Of a stretch of 64,000 nucleotides of DNA, positions 1 to 14,148 are shown one piece after another. Source of the stretch: Eledone cirrhosa (Eukaryota); NCBI GenBank assembly GCA_964016885.1, contig OZ024755.1, positions 44,330,001 to 44,394,000 of the forward strand, read 5' to 3'. Both the position numbers and the translations under genes were made by a program. Positions within the stretch are counted from its first letter, which is position 1. Each line of letters starts with the position of its first letter. The notes beneath the pieces were generated by a model. The model ran no database searches, was not told the origin of the DNA, and saw nothing but the letters and a program-made list of their open reading frames with translations.

Positions 1-3000
1 GTACCACAGTTGACAGTACCAACGTATACTGTGTACCACAGTTGACAGTACCAACGTATACTGTGTACCACCGCTGACAGTACCAATATGTACTGTGTAA
101 CAAAGTTGACAATACCAACATATAATGTGTACCACAGTTGACAGTACCAACGTATACTGTGTACCACTGTTGACAATACCAACATATACTGTGTACCACA
201 GTTGACAGTACCAGCATATACAGTGTACCACAGTTGACAGTACCAACATATACTGTGTACCACAGTTCACAGTACCAACGTATACTGTGTACCACATTAG
301 AAAGTACCAAGATATACTGTGTACCACAGTTGACAGTACCAACATATACTGTGTACCACTGTTGACAGTACCAACATATACCGTGTACCACAGTTGACAG
401 TACCAACATATACTGTGTACCACTGTTGACAGTACCAACATATACTGTGTGCCACAGTTCACAGTACCAACATGTACCTTGTACCACAGTTGACAGTACC
501 AACATATACTGTGTACCACAGTTGACAATACCAACATATACTGTGTACCACAGTTGAAAGTACCAACTTATACATAGTACCACAGTTGACAGTACCAACA
601 TATACTGTGTACCACAGTTGACAGTACCAACGTATACTGTGTACCACAGTTGACAATACCAACATGTACTGTGTACCACAGTTGACAGTACCAACATATA
701 CTGTATACCACAGTTGACAGAACCAACATACACTGTGTACCACAGTTGGCAGTACCAACATATACTGTATACCACAGTTGACAGTACCAACATATACTGT
801 GTACCACAGCTGACACTACCAACATATACTTGTACCTCAGTTGACAGTACTACCATATATTGTGTACCACCGTTGACAATACCAACGTATACTGTGTACC
901 ACAGTTGACAGTACCAACACATATAGTGTACCACAGTTGACAGTACCAACGTATACTGTGTACCACAGTTGCCAATGCCAACATATACTGTGTACCACAG
1001 TTGAGAGTACCAACATATACTGTGTACCACAGTTGACAGTACCAACATATACTGTGTACCACAGTTGACAGTACCAATGTATACTGTGTACCACTGTTGA
1101 CAGTACCAAAATATACTGTGTACCACAGTTGACAGTACCAACGTATACTGTGTACCTCTGGTGACAGTACCAACATATAACGTGTACCACAGTTGGCAGT
1201 ACCATCATATACTGTGTACCACAGTTGACAGTACCAACATATACTGTGTACCACAGTTGACAGTACCAACATATACTGTGTACCATAGCTGACATTACCA
1301 ACGTATATTGTGTACCACAGTTGACAGTACCAACATACACCGTGTACGACAGTTGACAGTACCAACATATACTGTGTACCACATTTGAGAGTACCAACAT
1401 AAACTGTGTACCACAGTTGACAGTACCAACATATACTGTGTACCACAGTTGACAGTACCAACATATACTGTATACCACAGTTGACAGTACCAACACATAC
1501 TGTGTACCACAGTTGACAGTACCAACATATACTGTGTACCACAGTTGACAGTACCAACATATACTGTGTACCAGAGTTGACAGTACCAACATATACTGTG
1601 TACCACAGTTGACAGTACTAACATATACTCTGTACTACAGTTGACAGTACCAACATATACTGTGTACCACAGTTGACAGTACCAACATGTACTGTGTACC
1701 ACAGTTGACAGTACCAACATATACTGTGTACCACAGTTGGCAGTACCAACATATACTGTGTACCTCAGTTGACAGTACGAACATATACTGTGTACCACAG
1801 TTGACAGTACCAACGTATATTGTGTACCACAGTTGACAGTACCAACGTATACTGTGTACCACAGTTTACCGTACCAACATATACTGTGTAACACAGTTGA
1901 CAATACCAACATTATACTGTGTACCACAGTTGACAGTACCAACGTATAATGTGTACCACTGTTGACTGTACCAAGGGTATACTGTGTACCACACTTGACA
2001 GTACCAACATATAACGTGTACCACAGTTGGCAGTACCATCATATACTGTGTACCACAGTTGACAGTACCAACATATACTGTGTACCACAGTTGACAGTAC
2101 CAACATATACTGTGTACCATAGTTGACAGTACCAACGTATATTGTGTACCACAGTTGACAGTACCAACATACACCGTGTACGACAGTTGACAGTACCAAC
2201 ATATACTGTGTACCACAGTTGAGAGTACCAACATAAACTGTGTACCATAGTTGACAGTACCAACATATACTGTGTACCACAGTTGACAGTACCAACATAT
2301 ACTGTGTACCACAGTTGACAGTACCAACATATACTGTATACCACAGTTGACAGTACCAACATATACTGTGTACCACAGTTGACAGTACCAACATATACTG
2401 TGTACCACAGTTGACAGTACCAACATATACTGTGTACCACAGTTGACAGTACTAACATATACTGGGTACTACAGTTGACAGTACCAACATATACTGTGTA
2501 CCACAGTTGACAGTACCAACATGTACTGTGTACCACAGTTGACAGTACCAACATATACTGTGTACCACAGTTGGCAGTACCAACATATAATGTGTACCTC
2601 AGTTGTCAGTACCAACATATACTGTGTACCACAGTTGACAGTACCAACGTATACTGTGTACCACAGTTGACAGTACCAACGTATACCGTGTACCACCGCT
2701 GACAGTACCAATATATACTGTGTAACACAGTTGACAATACCAACATATAATGTGTACCACAGTTGACAGTACCAACGTATACTGTGTACCACTGTTGACA
2801 ATACTAACATATACTGTGTACCACAGTTGACAGTACCAACATATACAGTGTACCACAGTTGACAGTACCAACATATAATGTGTACCACAGTTGACAGTAC
2901 CAACGTATACTGTGTACCACTTTTGACAGTACCAACATATACTGTGTACCACAGTTGACAGTACCAACATATACTGTGTGCCACTGTTGACATTACCAAC

Positions 3001-5146
3001 ATATAGCGTTTCCCACAGTTGACAGTACCAACATATACAATGTACCTCTGTTGACAGTACCAACATATACTGTGTACCAGAGTTGACAGTACCAACATGT
3101 ACCGTGTACCACAGTTGACAGTACCAACGTATCCTGTGTACCACAGTTGACAATACCAACATATACTGTGTACCACAGTTGAAAGTACCAACGGATACTT
3201 TGTACCACAGTTGACAGTACCAACATATACTGTGTACCACAGTTGACAGTACCAACGTATACTGTGTACCAGAGTTGACAATACCAACATATACTGTGTA
3301 CCACAGTTGACAGTACCAACATATACTGTATACCACAGTTGACAGAACCAACATAAACTGTGTACCACAGTTGACAGTACCAACATATACTGTGTACCAC
3401 AGTTCACAGTACCAACATATACTGTATACCACAGTTGACAGTACCAACATATACTGTGTACCACTGTTGACAGTACCAACATATACCGTGTACCACAGTT
3501 GACAGTACCAACATATACTGTGTACCACAGCTGACACTACCAACATATACTTGTACCTCAGTTGACAGTACTACCATATATTGTGTACCACCGTTGACAA
3601 TACCAACGTATACTGTGTACCACAGTTGACAGTACCAACACATATAGTGTACCACAGTTGACAGTACCAACGTATACTGTGTACCACAGTTGCCAATGCC
3701 AACATATACTGTGTACCACAGTTGAGAGTACCAACATATACTGTGTAACACAGTTGACAGTACCAACATATACTGTGTACCACAGTTGACAGTACCAACA
3801 TATACTGTGTACCACAGTTGACAGTACCAATGTATACTGTGTACCACTGTTGACAGTAGCAAAATATACTGTGTACCACAGTTGACAGTACCAACGTATA
3901 CTGTGTACCACTGGTGACAGTACCAACATATAACGTGTACCACAGTTGGCAGTACCATCATATACTGTGTACCACAGTTGACAGTACCAACATATACTGT
4001 GTACCACAGTTGACAGTACCAACATATACTGTGTACCATAGCTGACATTACCAACGTATATTGTGTACCACAGTTGACAGTACCAACATACACCGTGTAC
4101 GACAGTTGACAGTACCAACATATACTGTGTACCACAGTTGAGAGTACCAACATAAACTGTGTACCACAGTTGACAGTACCAACATATACTGTGTACCACA
4201 GTTGACAGTACCAACATATACTGTATACCACAGTTGACAGTACCAACACATACAGTGTACCACAGTTGACAGTACCAACATATACTGTGTACCACAGTTG
4301 ACAGTACCAACATATACTGTGTACCAGAGTTGACAGTACCAACATATACTGTGTACCACAGTTGACAGTACTAACATATACTGTGTACCACAGTTGACAG
4401 TACCAACATGTACTGTGTACCACAGTTGACAGTACCAACATATACTGTGTACCACAGTTGGCAGTACCGACATATACTGTGTACCTCAGTTGACAGTACC
4501 AACATATACTGTGTACCACAGTTGACAGTACCGACGTATATTGTGTACCACAGTTGACAGTACCAACGTATACTGTGTACCACAGTTGACCGTACCAACA
4601 TATACTGTGTAACACAGTTGACAATACCAACATTATAATGTGTACCACAGTTGACAGTACCAACGTATACTGTGTACCACTGTTGACAATACCAACATAT
4701 ACTGTGTACCACAGTTCACAGTACCAACGTATACTGTGTACCACATTTGACAGTACCAACATATACTGTGTACCACAGTTCACAGTACCAACATATACTG
4801 TGTACCACTGTTGACAGTACCAACATATACCGTGTACCACAGTTGTCAGTACCAACATATACTGTGTAGCACTGTTGACAGTACCAACATATACTGTATA
4901 CCACAGTTGACAGGACCAACATATACTGTGTACCACTGTTGACAGTACCAACATATACTGTGTACCACAGTTGACAGTACCAACATATACTGTATACCAC
5001 AGTTGACAGTACCAACATATACTGGGTACCACAGTTGACAGTACCAACATATACTGTGTACCACAGTTGACAGTACCAACATATACTGTGTACCACAGTT
5101 GACAGTACCAACATATACTGTGTACCACAGTTGACAGTACCAACAT

Positions 5147-8100
5147 ATACTGTATACCACAGTTAACAGTACCAACATATACTGTGTACCACAGTTGACA
5201 GTACCAACATATACTGCGTACCACAGTTGACAGGACTAACATATACTGTGTACTACAGTTGACAGTACCAACATATACTGTGTACCACAGTTGACAGTAC
5301 CAACATATACTGTGTACCACAGTTGACAATACTAACATATACTGTGTACCACAGTTGGCAGTACCAACATATACTGTGTACCTCAGTTGACAGTACCAAC
5401 ATATAGTGTGTACCACAGTTGACAATACCAACATAAACTGTGTACCACAGTTGACAGTACCAACATATACTGTGTACCACAGTTGACAGTACCAACATAT
5501 ACTGTGTAACTCAGTTAACAGTACCCACATATTCTGTGTATCAGAGTTGACAGTACCAACATATACTGTGTACCACAGTTGACAGTACCAACATATACTG
5601 TGTACCTCAGTTAACAGTACCCACATATACTGTGTATCAGAGTTGACAGTACCAACATATACTGTGTATCACAGTTGACAGTACCAACATATACTGTGTA
5701 CCAAAGTGTACACTAACAACATATACTGTGTACCACAGTTGACAGTACCAACATATACTGTGTACCACAGTTGACAGTACCATCATATACTGTGTACCAC
5801 ATTTGACAGTACCAACGTATACTGTGTACCACAGTTGACAGTACCATCGTATACTGTGTACCACAGTTGATAGTACCAACGTATACTGTGTATCAGAGTT
5901 GACAGTACCAACATATACTCTGTACCACAGTTGACAGTACCAAAATATACTGTGTACCACAGCTGACACTACCAACATATACTTGTAACTCTGTTGACGG
6001 TACTAACATATACTGTGTACCACAGTTGACGGTACCAACGTATACTGTGTACCACAGTTGAAAGTACCAACGTATCCTGTGTACCACAGTTGACAGTACC
6101 AACATATACTGTGTACCACAGTTGACAATACCAACATATACTGTGTACCACAGTTGACAGTACCAACGTATACTGTGTACCATTGTTGACAATACCAACA
6201 TATACTGTGTACCACAGTTGACAGTACCAACATATACAGTGTACCACAGTTGACAGTACCAACATATACTGTGTACCACAGTTGACAGTACCAACATATA
6301 CTGTGTACCACAGTTGACAGTACCAACATATACTGGGTGCCACTTTTCACAGTACCAACATATACTGTGTACCACAGTTGACAATGCCATCATATAGTGT
6401 GTACCACAGTTGACAGTACCAACATATACTGTGTACCACAGTTGACAGTACCATCTTATACTGTGTACCACAGTTGACAGTACCAACGTATACTGTGTAC
6501 CACAGATGACAGTACTAACATATACTGTGTACCATAGTTGAAAGTACCAACGTATACTGTGTACCACAGTTGACAGTACCAACATATACTGTGTACCACA
6601 GTTGACAGTACCAACGTATACTGTGTACCACAGTTGACAATACCAACATATACTATGTACCACAGTTGACAGTACCAACATATACTGTATACCACAGTTG
6701 ACAGTACCAACATATACTGTGTACCAGAGTTGACAGTACCAACATATACTGTGTACCACAGTTGACAGTACCAACATATACTGTATACCACAGTTAACAG
6801 TACCAACATATACTGTGTACCACTGTTGACAGTACCAACACATACCGTGTACCACAGTTGACAGTACCAACATATACTGTGTACCACAGCTGACACTACC
6901 AACATATAGTTGTACCTCAGTTGACAGTACTACCATATATTGTGTACCACCGTTGACAATACCAACGTATACTGTGTACCACAGTTGACAGTACCAACGT
7001 ATACTGTGTACCACAGTTGACAGTACCAACATATACTGTGTACCACAGCTGACAATACCAGCATATACTGTATACCACAGTTAACAGTACCAACATATAC
7101 TGTGTACCACAGTTGACAGTACCAACATATACTGCGTACCACAGTTGACAGGACTAACATATACTGTGTACTACAGTTGACAGTACCAACATATACTGTG
7201 TACCACAGTTGACAGTACCAACATATACTGTGTACCACAGTTGACAATACTAACATATACTGTGTACCACAGTTGGCAGTACCAACATATACTGTGTACC
7301 TCAGTTGACAGTACCAACATATAGTGTGTACCACAGTTGACAATACCAACATAAACTGTGTACCACAGTTGACAGTACCAACATATACTGTGTACCACAG
7401 TTGACAGTACCAACATATACTGTGTAACTCAGTTAACAGTACCCACATATTCTGTGTATCAGAGTTGACAGTACCAACATATACTGTGTACCACAGTTGA
7501 CAGTACCAACATATACTGTGTACCTCAGTTAACAGTACCCACATATACTGTGTATCAGAGTTGACAGTACCAACATATACTGTGTATCACAGTTGACAGT
7601 ACCAACATATACTGTGTACCAAAGTGTACACTAACAACATATACTGTGTACCACAGTTGACAGTACCAACATATACTGTGTACCACAGTTGACAGTACCA
7701 TCATATACTGTGTACCACATTTGACAGTACCAACGTATACTGTGTACCACAGTTGACAGTACCATCGTATACTGTGTACCACAGTTGATAGTACCAACGT
7801 ATACTGTGTATCAGAGTTGACAGTACCAACATATACTGTGTACCACAGTTGACAGTACCAAAATATACTGTGTACCACAGCTGACACTACCAACATATAC
7901 TTGTAACTCTGTTGACGGTACTAACATATACTGTGTACCACAGTTGACGGTACCAACGTATACTGTGTACCACAGTTGAAAGTACCAACGTATCCTGTGT
8001 ACCACAGTTGACAGTACCAACATATACTGTGTACCACAGTTGACAATACCAACATATACTGTTTACCACAGTTGACAGTACCAACGTATACTGTGTACCA

Positions 8101-8982
8101 TTGTTGACAATACCAACATATACTGTGTACCACAGTTGACAGTACCAACATATACAGTGTACCACAGTTGACAGTACCAACATATACTGTGTACCACAGT
8201 TGACAGTACCAACATATACTGTGTACCACAGTTGACAGTACCAACATATACTGGGTGCCACTTTTCACAGTACCAACATATACTGTGTACCACAGTTGAC
8301 AATGCCATCATATAGTGTGTACCACAGTTGACAGTACCAACATATACTGTGTACCACAGTTGACAGTACCATCTTATACTGTGTACCACAGTTGACAGTA
8401 CCAACGTATACTGTGTACCACAGTTGACAGTACTAACATATACTGTGTACCATAGTTGAAAGTACCAACGTATACTGTGTACCACAGTTGACAGTACCAA
8501 CATATACTGTGTACCACAGTTGACAGTACCAACGTATACTGTGTACCACAGTTGACAATACCAACATATACTATGTACCACAGTTGACAGTACCAACATA
8601 TACTGTATACCACAGTTGACAGTACCAACATATACTGTGTACCAGAGTTGACAGTACCAACATATACTGTGTACCACAGTTGACAGTACCAACATATACT
8701 GTATACCACAGTTAACAGTACCAACATATACTGTGTACCACTGTTGACAGTACCAACACATACCGTGTACCACAGTTGACAGTACCAACATATACTGTGT
8801 ACCACAGCTGACACTACCAACATATAGTTGTACCTCAGTTGACAGTACTACCATATATTGTGTACCACCGTTGACAATACCAACGTATACTGTGTACCAC
8901 AGTTGACAGTACCAACGTATACTGTGTACCACAGTTGACAGTACCAACATATACTGTGTACCACAGCTGACAATACCAGCAT
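5147..8982. repeat. Tandem block duplication, 1,918-bp period (60 monomers, two of them 31 bp); also present at ~26894-30729
   Basis: ORF pairs 5637/7555, 5969/7887, 6456/8374 and 27384/29302 are all offset by 1918. Shared rare markers include CCAAAGTGTACACTAACAAC (5701, 7619) and GGGTGCCACTTTTCAC. The junction is near 7065. Confidence 0.9.
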
Positions 8983-11900
8983 ATACTGTTTACCACAGTT
9001 GACAGTACCAACGTATACTGTGTACCACAGTTGCCAATGCCAAAATATACTGTGTACCACAGTTGACAGTACCAACGTATACTGTGTACCACAGTTGACA
9101 GTACCAACGTATATTGTGTATCACAGTTGACAGTACAAACATACACTGTGTACGACAGTTGACAGTACCAACATATACTGTGTACCACAGTTGAGAGTAC
9201 CAACATAAACTGTGTACCACAGTTGACAGTACCAACATATACTGTGTACCACAGTTGATAGTACCAACATATACTGTGTACCACAGTTGACAGTACCAAC
9301 ATATACTGTATACCACAGTTGACAGTACCAACATATACTGTGTACCACAGTTGACAGTACCAACATATACTGTGTACCACAGTTGACAGTACCAACATAT
9401 ACTGTGTACCACAGTTGACAGTACCAACATATAATGTGTACCACAGTTGACAGTACTAACATATACTGTCTACTACAGTTGACAGTACCAACATATACTG
9501 TGTACCACAGTTGACAGTACCAACATGGACTGTGTACCACAGTTGACAGTGCCAACATATACTGTGTACCACATTTGGCAGTACCAACATATACTGTGTA
9601 CCTCAGTTGACAGTACCAACATATATTGTGTACCAAAGTTGACAGTACCAACGTATACTGTGTACCACAGTTGACAGTACCAACGTATATTGTGTACCAC
9701 AGTTGACAGTACCAACATATACAGTGTACCACAGTTGACAGTACCAACATATACTGTGTACCACAGTTGACAGTACCAACATATACTGTGTACCACAGTT
9801 GACAGTACCAACATGTACCGTGAACCACAGTTGACAGTACCAACGTATACTGTGTACCACAGTTGAGAGTAACAACGTATAGTGTGTACCACAGTTGACA
9901 GTACCAACATATACTGTGTATCACAGTTGACAGTACCAACATATACTGTGTACCAAAGTGTACACTAACAACATATACTGTGTACCACAGTTGACAGTAC
10001 CAACATATACTGTGTACCACAGTTGACAGTACCATCATATACTGTGTACCACATTTGACAGTACCAACGTATACTGTGTACCACAGTTGACAGTACCATC
10101 GTATACTGTGTACCACAGTTGATAGTACCAACGTATACTGTGTATCAGAGTTGACAGTACCAACATATACTCTGTACCACAGTTGACAGTACCAAAATAT
10201 ACTGTGTACCACAGCTGACACTACCAACATATACTTGTAACTCTGTTGACGGTACTAACATATACTGTGTACCACAGTTGACGGTACCAACGTATACTGT
10301 GTACCACAGTTGAAAGTACCAACGTATCCTGTGTACCACAGTTGACAGTACCAACATATACTGTGTACCACAGTTGACAATACCAACATATACTGTGTAC
10401 CACAGTTGACAGTACCAACGTATACTGTGTACCATTGTTGACAATACCAACATATACTGTGTACCACAGTTGACAGTACCAACATATACAGTGTACCACA
10501 GTTGACAGTACCAACATATACTGTGTACCACAGTTGACAGTACCAACATATACTGTGTACCACAGTTGACAGTACCAACATATACTGGGTGCCACTTTTC
10601 ACAGTACCAACATATACTGTGTACCACAGTTGACAATGCCATCATATAGTGTGTACCACAGTTGACAGTACCAACATATACTGTGTACCACAGTTGACAG
10701 TACCATCTTATACTGTGTACCACAGTTGACAGTACCAACGTATACTGTGTACCACAGATGACAGTACTAACATATACTGTGTACCATAGTTGAAAGTACC
10801 AACGTATACTGTGTACCACAGTTGACAGTACCAACATATACTGTGTACCACAGTTGACAGTACCAACGTATACTGTGTACCACAGTTGACAATACCAACA
10901 TATACTATGTACCACAGTTGACAGTACCAACATATACTGTATACCACAGTTGACAGTACCAACATATACTGTGTACCAGAGTTGACAGTACCAACATATA
11001 CTGTGTACCACAGTTGACAGTACCAACATATACTGTATACCACAGTTAACAGTACCAACATATACTGTGTACCACTGTTGACAGTACCAACACATACCGT
11101 GTACCACAGTTGACAGTACCAACATATACTGTGTACCACAGCTGACACTACCAACATATAGTTGTACCTCAGTTGACAGTACTACCATATATTGTGTACC
11201 ACCGTTGACAATACCAACGTATACTGTGTACCACAGTTGACAGTACCAACGTATACTGTGTACCACAGTTGACAGTACCAACATATACTGTGTACCACAG
11301 CTGACAATACCAGCATATACTGTATACCACAGTTAACAGTACCAACATATACTGTGTACCACAGTTGACAGTACCAACATATACTGCGTACCACAGTTGA
11401 CAGGACTAACATATACTGTGTACTACAGTTGACAGTACCAACATATACTGTGTACCACAGTTGACAGTACCAACATATACTGTGTACCACAGTTGACAAT
11501 ACTAACATATACTGTGTACCACAGTTGGCAGTACCAACATATACTGTGTACCTCAGTTGACAGTACCAACATATAGTGTGTACCACAGTTGACAATACCA
11601 ACATAAACTGTGTACCACAGTTGACAGTACCAACATATACTGTGTACCACAGTTGACAGTACCAACATATACTGTGTAACTCAGTTAACAGTACCCACAT
11701 ATTCTGTGTATCAGAGTTGACAGTACCAACATATACTGTGTACCACAGTTGACAGTACCAACATATACTGTGTACCTCAGTTAACAGTACCCACATATAC
11801 TGTGTATCAGAGTTGACAGTACCAACATATACTGTGTATCACAGTTGACAGTACCAACATATACTGTGTACCAAAGTGTACACTAACAACATATACTGTG

Positions 11901-14148
11901 TACCACAGTTGACAGTACCAACATATACTGTGTACCACAGTTGACAGTACCATCATATACTGTGTACCACATTTGACAGTACCAACGTATACTGTGTACC
12001 ACAGTTGACAGTACCATCGTATACTGTGTACCACAGTTGATAGTACCAACGTATACTGTGTATCAGAGTTGACAGTACCAACATATACTGTGTACCACAG
12101 TTGACAGTACCAAAATATACTGTGTACCACAGCTGACACTACCAACATATACTTGTAACTCTGTTGACGGTACTAACATATACTGTGTACCACAGTTGAC
12201 GGTACCAACGTATACTGTGTACCACAGTTGAAAGTACCAACGTATCCTGTGTACCACAGTTGACAGTACCAACATATACTGTGTACCACAGTTGACAATA
12301 CCAACATATACTGTTTACCACAGTTGACAGTACCAACGTATACTGTGTACCATTGTTGACAATACCAACATATACTGTGTACCACAGTTGACAGTACCAA
12401 CATATACAGTGTACCACAGTTGACAGTACCAACATATACTGTGTACCACAGTTGACAGTACCAACATATACTGTGTACCACAGTTGACAGTACCAACATA
12501 TACTGGGTGCCACTTTTCACAGTACCAACATATACTGTGTACCACAGTTGACAATGCCATCATATAGTGTGTACCACAGTTGACAGTACCAACATATACT
12601 GTGTACCACAGTTGACAGTACCATCTTATACTGTGTACCACAGTTGACAGTACCAACGTATACTGTGTACCACAGTTGACAGTACTAACATATACTGTGT
12701 ACCATAGTTGAAAGTACCAACGTATACTGTGTACCACAGTTGACAGTACCAACATATACTGTGTACCACAGTTGACAGTACCAACGTATACTGTGTACCA
12801 CAGTTGACAATACCAACATATACTATGTACCACAGTTGACAGTACCAACATATACTGTATACCACAGTTGACAGTACCAACATATACTGTGTACCAGAGT
12901 TGACAGTACCAACATATACTGTGTACCACAGTTGACAGTACCAACATATACTGTATACCACAGTTAACAGTACCAACATATACTGTGTACCACTGTTGAC
13001 AGTACCAACACATACCGTGTACCACAGTTGACAGTACCAACATATACTGTGTACCACAGCTGACACTACCAACATATAGTTGTACCTCAGTTGACAGTAC
13101 TACCATATATTGTGTACCACCGTTGACAATACCAACGTATACTGTGTACCACAGTTGACAGTACCAACGTATACTGTGTACCACAGTTGACAGTACCAAC
13201 ATATACTGTGTACCACAGCTGACAATACCAGCATATACTGTTTACCACAGTTGACAGTACCAACGTATACTGTGTACCACAGTTGCCAATGCCAAAATAT
13301 ACTGTGTACCACAGTTGACAGTACCAACGTATACTGTGTACCACAGTTGACAGTACCAACGTATATTGTGTATCACAGTTGACAGTACAAACATACACTG
13401 TGTACGACAGTTGACAGTACCAACATATACTGTGTACCACAGTTGAGAGTACCAACATAAACTGTGTACCACAGTTGACAGTACCAACATATACTGTGTA
13501 CCACAGTTGATAGTACCAACATATACTGTGTACCACAGTTGACAGTACCAACATATACTGTATACCACAGTTGACAGTACCAACATATACTGTGTACCAC
13601 AGTTGACAGTACCAACATATACTGTGTACCACAGTTGACAGTACCAACATATACTGTGTACCACAGTTGACAGTACCAACATATAATGTGTACCACAGTT
13701 GACAGTACTAACATATACTGTCTACTACAGTTGACAGTACCAACATATACTGTGTACCACAGTTGACAGTACCAACATGGACTGTGTACCACAGTTGACA
13801 GTGCCAACATATACTGTGTACCACATTTGGCAGTACCAACATATACTGTGTACCTCAGTTGACAGTACCAACATATATTGTGTACCAAAGTTGACAGTAC
13901 CAACGTATACTGTGTACCACAGTTGACAGTACCAACGTATATTGTGTACCACAGTTGACAGTACCAACATATACAGTGTACCACAGTTGACAGTACCAAC
14001 ATATACTGTGTACCACAGTTGACAGTACCAACATATACTGTGTACCACAGTTGACAGTACCAACATGTACCGTGAACCACAGTTGACAGTACCAACGTAT
14101 ACTGTGTACCACAGTTGAGAGTAACAACGTATAGTGTGTACCACAGTT
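5645..14148. repeat. Tandem block duplication, 4,252-bp period (133 monomers, four of them 31 bp), copies apparently identical
   Basis: ORF pairs 5893/10145, 6930/11182, 8063/12315 and 8835/13087 are offset by 4252 with identical translations. The junction lies between ~9893 and 9920. Confidence 0.9.

Noticed and set aside
10-30. Sigma70 promoter: TTGACA plus TATACT or TATAAT in each monomer
   Set aside because: Spacing is 9 bp (or 41 bp to the next monomer) rather than 16-18 bp, there is no downstream gene, and the context looks like eukaryotic satellite.
714-908. Plus-strand ORFs (714-908, 47332-47556, 60295-60519)
   Set aside because: These are short chance openings where variants remove the TGA from the frame, and they translate the same repeat.
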